From positions 5,099 to 69,098 of IMG/VR virus record IMGVR_UViG_3300034160_000027: DNA of 64,000 nt. One strand, written 5' to 3'. This document shows, one piece after another, positions 1-9,720 of the stretch (the stretch's first letter is position 1; each line of letters opens with the position of its first letter). Both the position numbers and the translations under genes were made by a program. The notes beneath the pieces are model-generated. The model made no database searches, had not been told where the DNA came from, and was given only the letters and a program-made list of their open reading frames with translations. This DNA is from a virus.

Positions 1-1893
1 GCAGGCTCCGCTGGAACGGGTTCCCCTACCTACGATTTAAACACCCCCTCGAACGTTGCGCGTCTAGGCGCACGCATACCCGTTCAACATGGAAAGGTGT
101 TATCGGTACCAGACTTGGCGTCTGCCCCGTACTCTGAATACGAAGGCAATCAACAGTATGTAAGGATGCTTCTGTGCTTGGGCCAGGGGGTGTTCGATGT
201 GCACGACGTACTGGTAGCAGGGACTCCGGTAACGTCGTTACCAGGAGTAGTTACCGCCCGTGTATTCTCCCCTGACGATCACAAACAATCGTTTGGTATG
301 ATACAGGCGATAAGCGGAGTACGCGAGAACGTATACACGTCCCCCGCGGTATCGGATCAGGAGTTGACCGCTGCGCTTGGCGGGGCTTTCAGTTCTACCG
401 GAAGACAGTGGAGTGGTCAGTTTAACCCCGGTGGCCCCGGAGGCTACTCTATTTTTTGGTTGGATACCCAAGCTCCTGAATACGCCGAGGCGTGGAGGAG
501 TGGAACCCCCATATGGATAGTAATAGCGTCAGGGGCCAATGCGGGCACCTACCAAGTGGGGTTCATCGTAAACTCTAGTAACGTGGGTGGAAACACCGCA
601 GCATGGGTGTACCAAAAAGGCCACTTGGCGCCTGGCGTAGACTGGGCGTCAGGTTCTCCGACATCTGATGTTATGACGCTAGCTTACAATATTGATGGGG
701 GGTCGGGTAGCGTTATAGGTCCCTTCGCAGCAAGCCCGGTAGGCAGGCAGACCGAGCAGTTAGAGTATGATGTGGTGTTCCCTTCGGGAGTATTCAAAGC
801 TAATACGACTACGGGCAGGGCGGAATCGTTCACTATTGCGGCCGAGTTCTTGGCTGAAGAGATAGATGACGACGGTAACACAACTGGCTACGCAGAGAGG
901 TACTACTACAGTGACGCATTTGCCACTACCACGCGGCAGCGTAAGACACTAATCCACGCGGTAAAGAGGGGGCGGTATCAAGTAACCGCCACCCGCACGT
1001 CTAAAAAGTCTGACCGCGTGCAAGATCAGTCCGCTATGCACTGGACAGGTCTAAAGTCTATACTCGGAAATACTTTCGGCGAGAACGTATACGGGGATAC
1101 TACAATAATCGCTATCACAGCTAAGGCTACAGAAGGTTTAGCTAGTGACGCCATTTCCCGTATTTCTGTTGATAGCACGAGGGTACTTAACGGAGCGCCC
1201 ACTCGCAACCCCGTAAAGGCGTTTAAGGACGTAATACTCAACCAACGTTATGGCGGACGAAGGTCCGTAGCAGAGTTAGATACAGACGTATTAGACGTGC
1301 TAGAAGGAGAGTGTGAATCGAACGGAGATTACTTCGATTTTAGATTTGAGACAGAAACTAATGTATGGGAGGCTGCTAGAGCTACGCTACAAGTTCAGCA
1401 TGTATTTCCTACTATGCAGGGGCCTGTTATAACGGTAGTAGAGGACAAGAACTACACTGTCTCTTTCATGGACTTTGATGTACACACGATAATAAAAGAC
1501 AGTATGACGCGTACTTTTATTACCCCCAATGAGTCAGATAAAGATGGGGTAGAAGTTTCGTACATAAACGCCGACGACGGGTCAGAACTTTACGCACTCT
1601 TCCCAGAGACTTCCGCTGATTCAGAGCAGGTTGCCCTGCCGGGGTGCCGGTCTTACTCTGTGGCAATAGCGTATGCAGAGCAACGGTGGAGGCAGGTGTG
1701 TCTGCGGCGTGAACTCATTTCGTTTGACACAGAGATGGAGGCGCACGTGATTATGGTCGGGGTGCCAATCAACGTAAGCCACCCGTTACTAGGAGATGAT
1801 CCAGTAATGTATATCGTAAACGCTGTGACCCCCAAAGACAAATACACAGCTACAATAGCGGCTCATAAGCACGAGCCCGGAGTGTTCTTATGA
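1..1893 (+). CDS. Tail tip / host-specificity protein (lambda gpJ-like), 5'-truncated by the window edge
   Basis: The frame is open from base 1 (AGSAGTGSPTYDL...RLGARIPVQHG..SVPDL). It contains gpJ-like segments (LCLGQG, FPSG, GRYQVTATR, RNPV.A..D, FD.RF...VWEA, GVEVSY) and heads a tail-gene cluster. Confidence 0.8.
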   Translation, partial: AGSAGTGSPTYDLNTPSNVARLGARIPVQHGKVLSVPDLASAPYSEYEGNQQYVRMLLCLGQGVFDVHDVLVAGTPVTSLPGVVTARVFSPDDHKQSFGMIQAISGVRENVYTSPAVSDQELTAALGGAFSSTGRQWSGQFNPGGPGGYSIFWLDTQAPEYAEAWRSGTPIWIVIASGANAGTYQVGFIVNSSNVGGNTAAWVYQKGHLAPGVDWASGSPTSDVMTLAYNIDGGSGSVIGPFAASPVGRQTEQLEYDVVFPSGVFKANTTTGRAESFTIAAEFLAEEIDDDGNTTGYAERYYYSDAFATTTRQRKTLIHAVKRGRYQVTATRTSKKSDRVQDQSAMHWTGLKSILGNTFGENVYGDTTIIAITAKATEGLASDAISRISVDSTRVLNGAPTRNPVKAFKDVILNQRYGGRRSVAELDTDVLDVLEGECESNGDYFDFRFETETNVWEAARATLQVQHVFPTMQGPVITVVEDKNYTVSFMDFDVHTIIKDSMTRTFITPNESDKDGVEVSYINADDGSELYALFPETSADSEQVALPGCRSYSVAIAYAEQRWRQVCLRRELISFDTEMEAHVIMVGVPINVSHPLLGDDPVMYIVNAVTPKDKYTATIAAHKHEPGVFL

Positions 1894-2270
1894 GCGCGAC
1901 GTTTCCTCCAGAAGCGTGGGTGGTAGTGCACACTGCCTACCGTAACGCGATAGACGCAGCGGGCGCCACGGCTGAGATACGAGTGAGGGGAGCAGACGGG
2001 GCGCTGCTTTCTACCGTCCCATTGTTGTTCCCGTGCGCCACAATTGATCTGGCTACGGGGAGGTTAACGTTCGAGGTAGGCGCCCGAGATGAAGATGCGG
2101 CAGCGTCCGGAAGAGCCACGACAGTCCAAGTGTGTAGCCACGTGGGGTTCGTGTGGGGCACTTACACGTGCGCTGCCGGAACTACGCCGGTGGTTAATAC
2201 CGCGGTGTTCCGGTCTCTTGATATCATAGCGGGGCAACCCGTTGAACTGTTGAGCTTTACTATCGGCTAA
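1890..2270 (+). CDS. Small minor tail protein
   Basis: ATGA overlap with the upstream gene; beta-rich 126 aa; DAAASGRAT motif of the kind seen in small virion proteins. Confidence 0.6.
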   Translation: MSATFPPEAWVVVHTAYRNAIDAAGATAEIRVRGADGALLSTVPLLFPCATIDLATGRLTFEVGARDEDAAASGRATTVQVCSHVGFVWGTYTCAAGTTPVVNTAVFRSLDIIAGQPVELLSFTIG

Positions 2271-2285
2271 CATGAGAATGAGCAA

Positions 2286-2675
2286 ATGGCTATATCTTGG
2301 ACTCTCGTAGATAAGATCGCGGCCAATATGGGTCGCCTAACACGCCTACAGCAAGGCACGGGGGTAGCCGGATTCGGCCTATACAGTGCCTCTAACGTGC
2401 TGCTGGCTACCTTCGCCGTAGACACGGCTGCGTCAAGTGTAGTCACCGATACCGGAGATTTGGTGCTAGCCAATGCTTCTGGGGCCGTTGGCGTTGCTGC
2501 TGGAGTCGCTGTTACCGCTAAGCTCCAGGCTCGCGATGGAGGGGTGCTGGTGGATGCTATCCCCGTGGCACAGGGGGTAGTAGCGGTAGCGCAAATGTTA
2601 GTGGTGGACAGCACCACCATAACGGTAAGCGGCCCCCTGACGTTAGTCTCTGCATACATTGTAGCCTACCCGTAG
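2286..2675 (+). CDS. Small minor tail protein (possible distant paralog of 1890..2270)
   Basis: Similar size, composition and layout to the upstream gene; within the tail operon. Confidence 0.55.
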   Translation: MAISWTLVDKIAANMGRLTRLQQGTGVAGFGLYSASNVLLATFAVDTAASSVVTDTGDLVLANASGAVGVAAGVAVTAKLQARDGGVLVDAIPVAQGVVAVAQMLVVDSTTITVSGPLTLVSAYIVAYP

Positions 2676-2683
2676 CCACCTTA

Positions 2684-3514
2684 ATGTCCTCCGTGACGTT
2701 TTCTTGGAGACTGGCAAGTTCTGCTATCGTGTCGGGAACCGTCACGATAGACCAGGACAGCCGTCTACTGGTGTACAGTGGACAGGTGGTATGCCGTGAA
2801 ACGGTGGTGGCTACCATACCTCCTCTGCGCACAGGGGACACGCTGACTGTCGGTAGTGCGGTACTGTCCGTACAGGAGCACGGCCAAATAGTACAGTATC
2901 TAGGCTCGCGTCCGACGTTAGGCGTGGCACTAGGCTCTAACGAAGTCCCAGACCCTAACCCAGACCCTGATCCTGATCCGCCCCCTCTCACCCCTCCGGA
3001 CCAGACTTGGGCCTACGGCCCAGTAAGTTCCAACATCACCGTGTCTTACTTCGGCTCCGAGGTACGCGCTAGCAGCACTGCGCCAGGCGTGGCCTTCTAC
3101 CGCTGGGCGTTGGCCATTGCCAATGTGGTCAGTGCCAAGGCGTACTGGGAGTTCGTTGTTGCCGGGGCCTCTACGACTACCTACGGTGGATTTGGCGTGG
3201 GGCCTTGCTCGGTCGACACCGGGGGCCGGCCAGGAGTCGGCACGAACCCCGGCTGTATGCTGTATTGGGAGGGCGGTGAGGCAGCGGTGTGGTGCGACGG
3301 CACCGAGCACGCGGTAGACGCGCCCGCTGAGCCAACTCGAATCGGGGTTGGTATTGAGGTCATGACTAGCGAGGTCTGTCACGTCGTGTTTTATAGTAGC
3401 GGGGTTGCGCTTAATGCCGAGCCTTTTGCGATGATCCTGGAAGGGTCGATTGTCGTGCCGGTGGTCTGCGCCCTCAACGCCAATGCAGTATTCACACTGG
3501 ATGACCGGGTATGA
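2684..3514 (+). CDS. Virion protein with Pro/Asp linker and C-terminal SPRY/lectin-like beta domain
   Basis: PDPNPDPDPDPPP linker followed by KAYWEF...GFGVG...IGVGI...VFY, a SPRY-like pattern. Confidence 0.5.
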   Translation: MSSVTFSWRLASSAIVSGTVTIDQDSRLLVYSGQVVCRETVVATIPPLRTGDTLTVGSAVLSVQEHGQIVQYLGSRPTLGVALGSNEVPDPNPDPDPDPPPLTPPDQTWAYGPVSSNITVSYFGSEVRASSTAPGVAFYRWALAIANVVSAKAYWEFVVAGASTTTYGGFGVGPCSVDTGGRPGVGTNPGCMLYWEGGEAAVWCDGTEHAVDAPAEPTRIGVGIEVMTSEVCHVVFYSSGVALNAEPFAMILEGSIVVPVVCALNANAVFTLDDRV

Positions 3515-4296
3515 GCATCCAACACCTACCGGACGGCTATACGGCGCTGCGGTCGATTCCGGGTGCGCGCTATGACGCGCAAAATATCTGTATTGCAGAC
3601 GATAGCATACAAATCGATTGGATATGGCCTTCTCCAGGCTACGTCACAAAAGCGCAAACACTCTCCCGCGCGAATGGGGGCAGCGTAGAAGGCGGCAATA
3701 GGCCACCTGCGTGGCGGCCGAGTGGCGCACCCCCACAGCGGGGACCGATAATGACCTGGAACGTCTACGAAAACAGCCCGTCGCGCAACAGTTACTACGA
3801 TTGGGTGAACAACCAGGGTTACGCCTTTAGGCTGGACGCAATAAGGATACAAGGGGCCGGTCCAGTAGGCACCAACGGCAGCGCCACCGGGGCTAACCCG
3901 AATACGAATACGATGGGCATAACCCCAGGCCAAGGTATTAGCGGTGCCTGGGAGTGGAGTTCGATGGGTACGGATGCGCAGATAGAAGACGCTAGGGTTG
4001 AGGTTAGGATCGCGGCGGCTACGGGGTCTTTTACATCGCTTGCATTGTCTGACACTAAGCTCATCGACAGTATGACTGGATCATGGGTCACAGAGACATA
4101 CGACGGACTCCCAGCGCAGACCCCAGCGCAGACTCCGATCAACAAGACCTTTATTCCTACGCTGGCAGCCGGGTCGCGAATTGTTCCAATCAATGGTCGG
4201 GTGCGTATCCAATTTTATCAACTCGGGGGGATTACGGAAAGCCCGAGTGCCGTGTTATCCGATCTGACAATTCAGCTTACTGTCACCCCTGTGTGA
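3511..4296 (+). CDS. Putative tail/virion protein
   Basis: Translationally coupled (ATGA); G/S/T-rich; tail operon context. Confidence 0.5.
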   Translation: MSIQHLPDGYTALRSIPGARYDAQNICIADDSIQIDWIWPSPGYVTKAQTLSRANGGSVEGGNRPPAWRPSGAPPQRGPIMTWNVYENSPSRNSYYDWVNNQGYAFRLDAIRIQGAGPVGTNGSATGANPNTNTMGITPGQGISGAWEWSSMGTDAQIEDARVEVRIAAATGSFTSLALSDTKLIDSMTGSWVTETYDGLPAQTPAQTPINKTFIPTLAAGSRIVPINGRVRIQFYQLGGITESPSAVLSDLTIQLTVTPV

Positions 4297-4311
4297 CCAC
4301 GAGACCGTAGC

Positions 4312-5301
4312 GTGGCTTGTCCCACAACACTCTGTACCATCGCGCGGCCGGCCGAGCAGCAAGGGCTCACCGTCCTCACCGCTCCGGCTCCGTCGCTCCT
4401 GGCGCTGGGAACCGTGCCCCCTGTGGTGGCTGCGCGGGTGCAGTTGAGCGCGCCTGCCCCCGTGCTGTACGCCTTCGGGAGCACGATCCCGCCGGTCGGT
4501 GCACGAGTGCAGTTGAGCGCGCCTGCCCCCGTGCTGTACGCCTTCGGGAGCACGATCCCGCCGGTCGGTGCACGAGTGCAGTTGAGCGCGCCTGCCCCCG
4601 TGCTGTACGCCTTCGGGAGCACGATCCCGCCGGTCGGTGCACGAGTGCAGTTGAGCGCGCCTGCCCCCGTGCTGTACGCCTTCGGGAGCACGATTACCGG
4701 TGCTGTGCGTGCGCGGGCCTTGTTGGAACCTCCCGCGCCCTTGCTGTTCGGTGTGGGGGTAGGGAACGGGCAGTCCTTGATAGGAGAGTCGTACTTACTA
4801 TTTAGCATGGTAGCTAATAGCTTTGTTGTAGCGTCTGACGGACTTATCGGGAGCGCGTCTCTGACCTCATCTAACGTAGGGGTAGGCACCGTAGCAGGGA
4901 GCGGGCTAATCGGGCCATCAAGAGTCCTGTTCACTACTTCCGGAGATGTGTGGGCTGTCAACGGTTTCCCCCCTCCGATGGTAGAAGGGTACGGGTACAC
5001 TCGTCCGTCTGGCCTAGTGCGTACTCCATATGCTTCTGGGAGGACTAGGCAGCGTAGGCAATGGCGTAATGGATTTAGACAAGCTACGGTCAGTTTTGAT
5101 ATTGACCGCGGCATTCTAGGCGACGTTGAAAGGTTTATCAGTTTAAAGGGGTACGAGTGGTTCAGCATGGGTCTGATCACTGGCGATAACGTCAGCAGCG
5201 TGTTGGAGACGCACACTGTAAGAATTATTGGAAACCCGTCAAAAGGCAATGTCTACGGGAGTCAGATGACACTCTCCTTAAAGATAGAGATAGCTTCATG
5301 A
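4312..5301 (+). CDS. Tail protein: 23-aa repeats fused to a gpM/Dit-like C-terminal domain
   Basis: Repeat VQLSAPAPVLYAFGSTIPPVGAR; the C-terminal GYGY....GLVRT...SGRTRQRR...WF pattern resembles distal tail proteins. Confidence 0.6.
   Translation: MACPTTLCTIARPAEQQGLTVLTAPAPSLLALGTVPPVVAARVQLSAPAPVLYAFGSTIPPVGARVQLSAPAPVLYAFGSTIPPVGARVQLSAPAPVLYAFGSTIPPVGARVQLSAPAPVLYAFGSTITGAVRARALLEPPAPLLFGVGVGNGQSLIGESYLLFSMVANSFVVASDGLIGSASLTSSNVGVGTVAGSGLIGPSRVLFTTSGDVWAVNGFPPPMVEGYGYTRPSGLVRTPYASGRTRQRRQWRNGFRQATVSFDIDRGILGDVERFISLKGYEWFSMGLITGDNVSSVLETHTVRIIGNPSKGNVYGSQMTLSLKIEIAS
4438..4694 (+). repeat. 69-bp perfect tandem repeat, about 3.7 copies
   Basis: Units start at 4438, 4507, 4576 and 4645 (gtgcagttgagcgcgcctgcc...), identical at the DNA level. 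Confidence 0.95.
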
Positions 5302-6050
5302 CTTGGATCGACCTCGGACTCCCTGCTGCGATAGCGAATAGCTATGGGTACACAACGGACGCTGGGCTGCGGCGCACTAGTCAGTCGACGGCTGAGCCCC
5401 GGCAGAAACGTGATTATGCTACAGATAAGCGCGAGTTCAGCGTGTCTTTTCTGCTTACCACGGCGCAGTTGCGAACAGCAGAAAACTATCTACAAGAGTA
5501 CGGGTACACGTGGTTTCCCTTGCCCTTGTCATCAGGGGACTCTACCGAGGGCGTATCCACGCTTTATGTAAAGCTCATTGACGACCCGACAATCACGGCC
5601 GCGGGGTCCAAGAACGCGTGGGCAATGGCGGTAAAGCTAGAGCAGTACGTCGCTTTTGAGCAATCTGTTTTCGTAACTACCACCTTATATCCGCAGGACG
5701 CGGAAGAGCGGTTTTACTTAGCGGCGCCGGGTCCCCTGACCTGGGTAGTCGGGGGGAGCGTCATCTACGACAGTGACCAAATGTCGTGCACGGCACCCCC
5801 AAGCATTAGCGGAACACTGGTGTTAACCCATTTGCACGCGTGGGCAGAGCCAGATTCCACGAACATGGTGGCGCCTAGTATCAGTGGAACGCTGATACTA
5901 ACGCAACTACACACCTACGTCCTAGACACGGTGGGCGCGGCGGCGCCCAGCATATCCGGGCAGTTGGACCCTTATACCGAGGCTTTTGTTTTCGGGTCTG
6001 AGGATACGGGTGTATCCGCTCCTACAACCATTTCAGGAACGCTAGCATGA
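5298..6050 (+). CDS. Tail protein with N-terminal gpM/Dit-like domain
   Basis: YGY....GLRRT.....RQKR...WF matches the C-terminal domain of the upstream gene; degenerate APSISGTL repeats in the C-terminus. Confidence 0.6.
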   Translation: MTWIDLGLPAAIANSYGYTTDAGLRRTSQSTAEPRQKRDYATDKREFSVSFLLTTAQLRTAENYLQEYGYTWFPLPLSSGDSTEGVSTLYVKLIDDPTITAAGSKNAWAMAVKLEQYVAFEQSVFVTTTLYPQDAEERFYLAAPGPLTWVVGGSVIYDSDQMSCTAPPSISGTLVLTHLHAWAEPDSTNMVAPSISGTLILTQLHTYVLDTVGAAAPSISGQLDPYTEAFVFGSEDTGVSAPTTISGTLA

Positions 6051-7018
6051 CCGCACATATCTGGGTACCTAGTACCAAAATCATTGAGCCCCGGGATGCT
6101 ATCGTACTTTCACCTGTGGGGGTATCAGGGTCCATTTTATCTATTGTGGCCGTGAAGCCTGATGGGAGAAGACAAGAACTGTGTGGGGCGTTCCCCAACT
6201 TAGTAACGAATGGCGGGCTAGAGATGTGGGGGACGTACAGCCCATTCGGGTACTGCTCCCTCGGATCATCAAGTCAAGCTCCAGTGAACACCGATAGCGG
6301 GCTGGTATCTTATGTGGCACACACCAGCGCAGTGGTCTCTACGGTTCACACGTTCCACGCCGAGGAAGGAGTCATGCCCGCGTACTGGTCCATGGTACGG
6401 GTGTATAACTTTGTTGCACAGGGGTCCTCCTTCAACATCAGCGAAGTTGGGGTGGGACGCTCGGCTGGGGGAGTAGACTTATGGAGTCGTTCTCTGTCGC
6501 GCGACCAAGAGGGGAACCCCGTGACGGTGCCATGGGCAATGGGTGATACCATAGACGTTACTTACGAGGTACGAAAGTACCCGTTCACAGAAACTACCTA
6601 TTCCGGGGACATTGGAGGAATCACTAGAACCGGGATAGTGAGACCGTCTGAAGTAGACACTACGTTGTGGGAAGTGAACGTGACCCGGCAATACTACAAC
6701 AGGCCCGCTTATAATGTTAGCAGTCTGGCATACTCTCAAGTATACGATGGGGCTATAGGCGACGAGTACTCTTCTCCGTTTGGAGCATCCGCAAACAACT
6801 CGGGCGCCGCGGAGGACGCTTACGACGCCAACAGTAAAAAGAGAACAGGGACTCTTATCTACGGGCCATCGGTAGGAAACTTTGCCGCGGGCATAACCTC
6901 CTTCCGCCACGTCAATACTGTAGGAGTGTATCAAATGCAATTCTCTCCCGCCATAATGAAAGCGGCTGATAAAACGTTAACATTGTACGTTGCGACTCCC
7001 ACGTGGGGTAGAGTCTGA
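6047..7018 (+). CDS. Minor tail protein (paralog A)
   Basis: Motifs NL.T..GLE, EVGVG, LWSRSL.RD, YEVRKY and terminal TP.WGR, all shared with the next gene. Confidence 0.7.
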   Translation: MTAHIWVPSTKIIEPRDAIVLSPVGVSGSILSIVAVKPDGRRQELCGAFPNLVTNGGLEMWGTYSPFGYCSLGSSSQAPVNTDSGLVSYVAHTSAVVSTVHTFHAEEGVMPAYWSMVRVYNFVAQGSSFNISEVGVGRSAGGVDLWSRSLSRDQEGNPVTVPWAMGDTIDVTYEVRKYPFTETTYSGDIGGITRTGIVRPSEVDTTLWEVNVTRQYYNRPAYNVSSLAYSQVYDGAIGDEYSSPFGASANNSGAAEDAYDANSKKRTGTLIYGPSVGNFAAGITSFRHVNTVGVYQMQFSPAIMKAADKTLTLYVATPTWGRV

Positions 7019-7020
7019 AA

Positions 7021-7935
7021 ATGATGGTGTGCGCGCCCTTGGTAGGTACGTCGGGTAGAGTTTCTGCCTATGTAACGAAGCCCTGTGGCAGACGCCGCGT
7101 CATATTTGAAGACTCGCCTAACCTTATAACTGACCCGGGGTTAGAGAGGATGGCTGCTTTCCCTGTAATAAGCCACTGTTCAGTGGGTGGGAGTGCGCAG
7201 GCACCCGGCTACACGGATACCGACTTGGCGCTATACTACAGAACGCACACTTCTATATCTAGCACGCTATATGGAGCCTGCGCTGTCCCCCCGTACTACG
7301 GATGGATGCAAGTCACGTTTGTATTCGCTCCTCCGACCGAGGACTTGACCGTGGCAGAGATAGGCATTGGGTGGGCAGCAGGCGGAACGGGGCTGTGGAG
7401 CCGATCCCTCACACGAGACCTAAGTGGGATTACAGCGCCGTTCCCATGGGCGGCGGACGAGGAACTGACCGTCGTGTATGAAGTGCGGAAATATGCCTTT
7501 AACGAGGCACAGTATTCTGACCAAGGGTGCCTCTACATAGTGCGCCCCGCGCTCGTTACCGATGTCTCAAGTTGGAGGTTCTATAATGGGGGCCAAGAGA
7601 TAGGGCGGACGCCTGGCGTACCGACTATTTATCCTCCTACGCTGTATGCCGGAGAGTTGGGCGGTCCTGCTGAAACTCCGTCTGGTCTATCATACTCTCC
7701 CGGTGCAGTAGCGTGGACTAATAGATATCCTTACGTTGACGGGAGCCAGAAAAGGGTTGGTGCGCACACGTACAGCAGGCACGCAGGGCATCTTAGTGGC
7801 GGGGTACGGTCCATACTGGTGCTGAGTACAGTAGGCGCGTACCAAGTGTCAGTCGACCCACCAATACAGAGGTCCTCATCCCAGTATTTATCGCTTACAG
7901 TAGAAACACCTAAGTGGGGGAGGGCGCCCGCGTGA
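7021..7935 (+). CDS. Minor tail protein (paralog B)
   Basis: Collinear with 6047..7018 over its full length. Confidence 0.7.
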   Translation: MMVCAPLVGTSGRVSAYVTKPCGRRRVIFEDSPNLITDPGLERMAAFPVISHCSVGGSAQAPGYTDTDLALYYRTHTSISSTLYGACAVPPYYGWMQVTFVFAPPTEDLTVAEIGIGWAAGGTGLWSRSLTRDLSGITAPFPWAADEELTVVYEVRKYAFNEAQYSDQGCLYIVRPALVTDVSSWRFYNGGQEIGRTPGVPTIYPPTLYAGELGGPAETPSGLSYSPGAVAWTNRYPYVDGSQKRVGAHTYSRHAGHLSGGVRSILVLSTVGAYQVSVDPPIQRSSSQYLSLTVETPKWGRAPA

Positions 7936-8537
7936 TACCCAGGAATCGGCTATCTGTTCAACCGCACGAAGGCCCGTATCTTTTTCCTGACGAAAACAAG
8001 AGAACCCCTCCTTCTAGTTTGGTATACCCGTATGACGTGGCATTAGGCGGCAAAAGCGTAGGTGATACGTCTGAGGGTATCATGTACCAGTTATGGACTT
8101 TTAGTTATGACGGACTGAATATACGAGCCCAGCCGTCAAATTTCGGTACCTCCGTGATAATTCTCGGGGCCGGACCCGGAGTCACTGCTTTATCTGGATG
8201 TTTTGACGCTAACATGCACCCAGTCTTAGCATATACGCAAGGCAGCGTAGCGAAGCTATACTGGTACGATAGCTCGGTCCCGGGTTATGCTACTACCGAA
8301 TTGACGGATTGCCTTAGTCCTCGTGTTACGTTCGACGATAAGCGTGCTACCATGCTGGCCCTCAACGATGTTATATTGTTTTATATAAAAGACGGGGCAC
8401 TATTTTATAGACAACAAAGGGATAGGTACGGGGTGGAACGGCGCTTATGCGATTGTCCCAATACCACTATAAGGATTGAAAGGGTAAGCATGAACACTCT
8501 GAACAGGCTTCAGATAGAGTTTATTGTAGCCGTATGA
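7932..8537 (+). CDS. Tail-associated protein
   Basis: GTGA overlap gives a start at 7932 (MIPRNRLS); FD.NM.P..AY, LYWYD, DDKR and RQQRDRY motifs resemble siphovirus tail-end proteins. Confidence 0.65.
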   Translation: MIPRNRLSVQPHEGPYLFPDENKRTPPSSLVYPYDVALGGKSVGDTSEGIMYQLWTFSYDGLNIRAQPSNFGTSVIILGAGPGVTALSGCFDANMHPVLAYTQGSVAKLYWYDSSVPGYATTELTDCLSPRVTFDDKRATMLALNDVILFYIKDGALFYRQQRDRYGVERRLCDCPNTTIRIERVSMNTLNRLQIEFIVAV

Positions 8538-8680
8538 GGTACTTCAGGCTCAAGGCTGCTAATCGCGATGATGCGATCTGCCAGGCACTAGCGTTGCGTA
8601 GGTGTGTCGTCCAGTCCTACGCTGGAGTGAGTTGGGATGAGAACGGCGAACGCAAGATGCTGAAGTGGAGTGAGATATGA
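8534..8680 (+). CDS. Hypothetical 48-aa protein (not in ORF track)
   Basis: ATGA overlaps at both ends; MRYFRLKAANRDDAICQ...KWSEI. Confidence 0.55.
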   Translation: MRYFRLKAANRDDAICQALALRRCVVQSYAGVSWDENGERKMLKWSEI

Positions 8681-8835
8681 CCGTTGCAGAACTACCCACT
8701 GAAGAACGCACTAAGTGCGAGATTTACTCCAGAGTCATGGGGTACCATCGCCCTGTGGAGTTCTGGAACAAAGGTAAGCAGCAAGAACACAGGGATAGAG
8801 TGGCGTTCAAGGAGTCGATGGTGATAGGCAATTAG
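8677..8835 (+). CDS. Stand-alone class III RNR (NrdD-type) glycyl-radical domain, 52 aa (not in ORF track)
   Basis: Translated by hand: MTVAELPTEERTKCEIYSRVMGYHRPVEFWNKGKQQEHRDRVAFKESMVIGN. It has the RVxGY glycyl-radical loop plus the NrdD C-terminal N.GK..E...R motif; GGAG upstream and an ATGA overlap. Confidence 0.85.
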   Translation: MTVAELPTEERTKCEIYSRVMGYHRPVEFWNKGKQQEHRDRVAFKESMVIGN

Positions 8836-9047
8836 CTGGTAAAGCGAAACCGCCTAAATGACTCCCTGATGTAGTTGATAAGCGCGCGGCACTCGGGGCA
8901 GGTAACTAGGCCACCCGCAGTAGCAAATATCACGGGGTCGTCTACGTCTCCTGTCTCATACGCATCAAACGCTAGGCCGCAAAGCGAATGTTCTCCTTGC
9001 CCGTTACCGGGCGCGTGAACCGCGGGGTTAGCTATGCGTCTAGCCAT
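8832..9047 (-). CDS. Hypothetical small Cys/His protein
   Basis: H..LCG...VTCPEC putative Zn motif; converges on the tail operon. Confidence 0.55.
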   Translation of the reverse strand: MARRIANPAVHAPGNGQGEHSLCGLAFDAYETGDVDDPVIFATAGGLVTCPECRALINYIRESFRRFRFTS

Positions 9048-9347
9048 GGTGATCCTATTCAGCTAGACGACGCGCGCTTCTGGCTGGCTGTCAGTATTGG
9101 AGAAATAACGCAGAATAGCCCGTGCTTTCCGCAGTAAGTCTTACGCCACTGTCGGTAGCTTGGGAGCATGGGAAGGCCGTTTATCTCCCGGCTTCGCGTG
9201 TCTCTTTCGTAAAGTCTAAACATGAGTTCCCTTTGCTCTCTGCTAATAGGGTACATAGCTATTGTTACTCATCCGAAGCGAGCCCCGCCGTCAGGGCTCT
9301 TAGCTGTTGATAAACCCCGAGTGGCGTGGCCGCTTTAGTCCTGCGCG

Positions 9348-9545
9348 TTAGAGGGCCAGCGAGTCAAGGTAGTCAGCCAAAGCCGCGGTACTGCACCACC
9401 CGTCAGATGGGTCTTCGTCTTGAGCCTCTAGCCCCCATTCGGTTGGTGGGTGCACCTGAACATCAGGTAGGTTCCAGTCGCTCGCAATCCGCAGCGCACT
9501 CGCTGCAACCACTAACGCTCTCTTCATTTCGTCTTGCGTTGCCAT
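9348..9545 (-). CDS. Hypothetical protein
   Basis: ATG ORF directly downstream of the promoter at 9581-9629. Confidence 0.55.
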   Translation of the reverse strand: MATQDEMKRALVVAASALRIASDWNLPDVQVHPPTEWGLEAQDEDPSDGWCSTAALADYLDSLAL

Positions 9546-9580
9546 AGGCTTGATGCTGTTACATTGGATCGGTGTTAGCG

Positions 9581-9629
9581 ATTATGCGCCACGCGTGTCC
9601 CCGTTGCACGAGTATCCGACGAACGGTAG
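9581..9629 (-). promoter_or_regulatory. ACCGTTCGTC-box promoter (box, 8 nt, GTGCAA, N17, CATAAT)
   Basis: Core box at 9618-9627; same geometry as the promoter at 40416-40462. Confidence 0.65.
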
Positions 9630-9720
9630 CGTTGCACCGCGCTCCAAGGCTATGCTCGCGCCCTCGACTGGAACTGCTATCCCTCCGGGGTTTATTCTAG
9701 CGACACGAGAACCGCCCTTA

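Noticed and set aside
1-8537. Diversity-generating retroelement or invertible tail cassette
   Set aside because: No reverse transcriptase, invertase or adenine-specific repeat pair is seen; the paralogs are diverged throughout.
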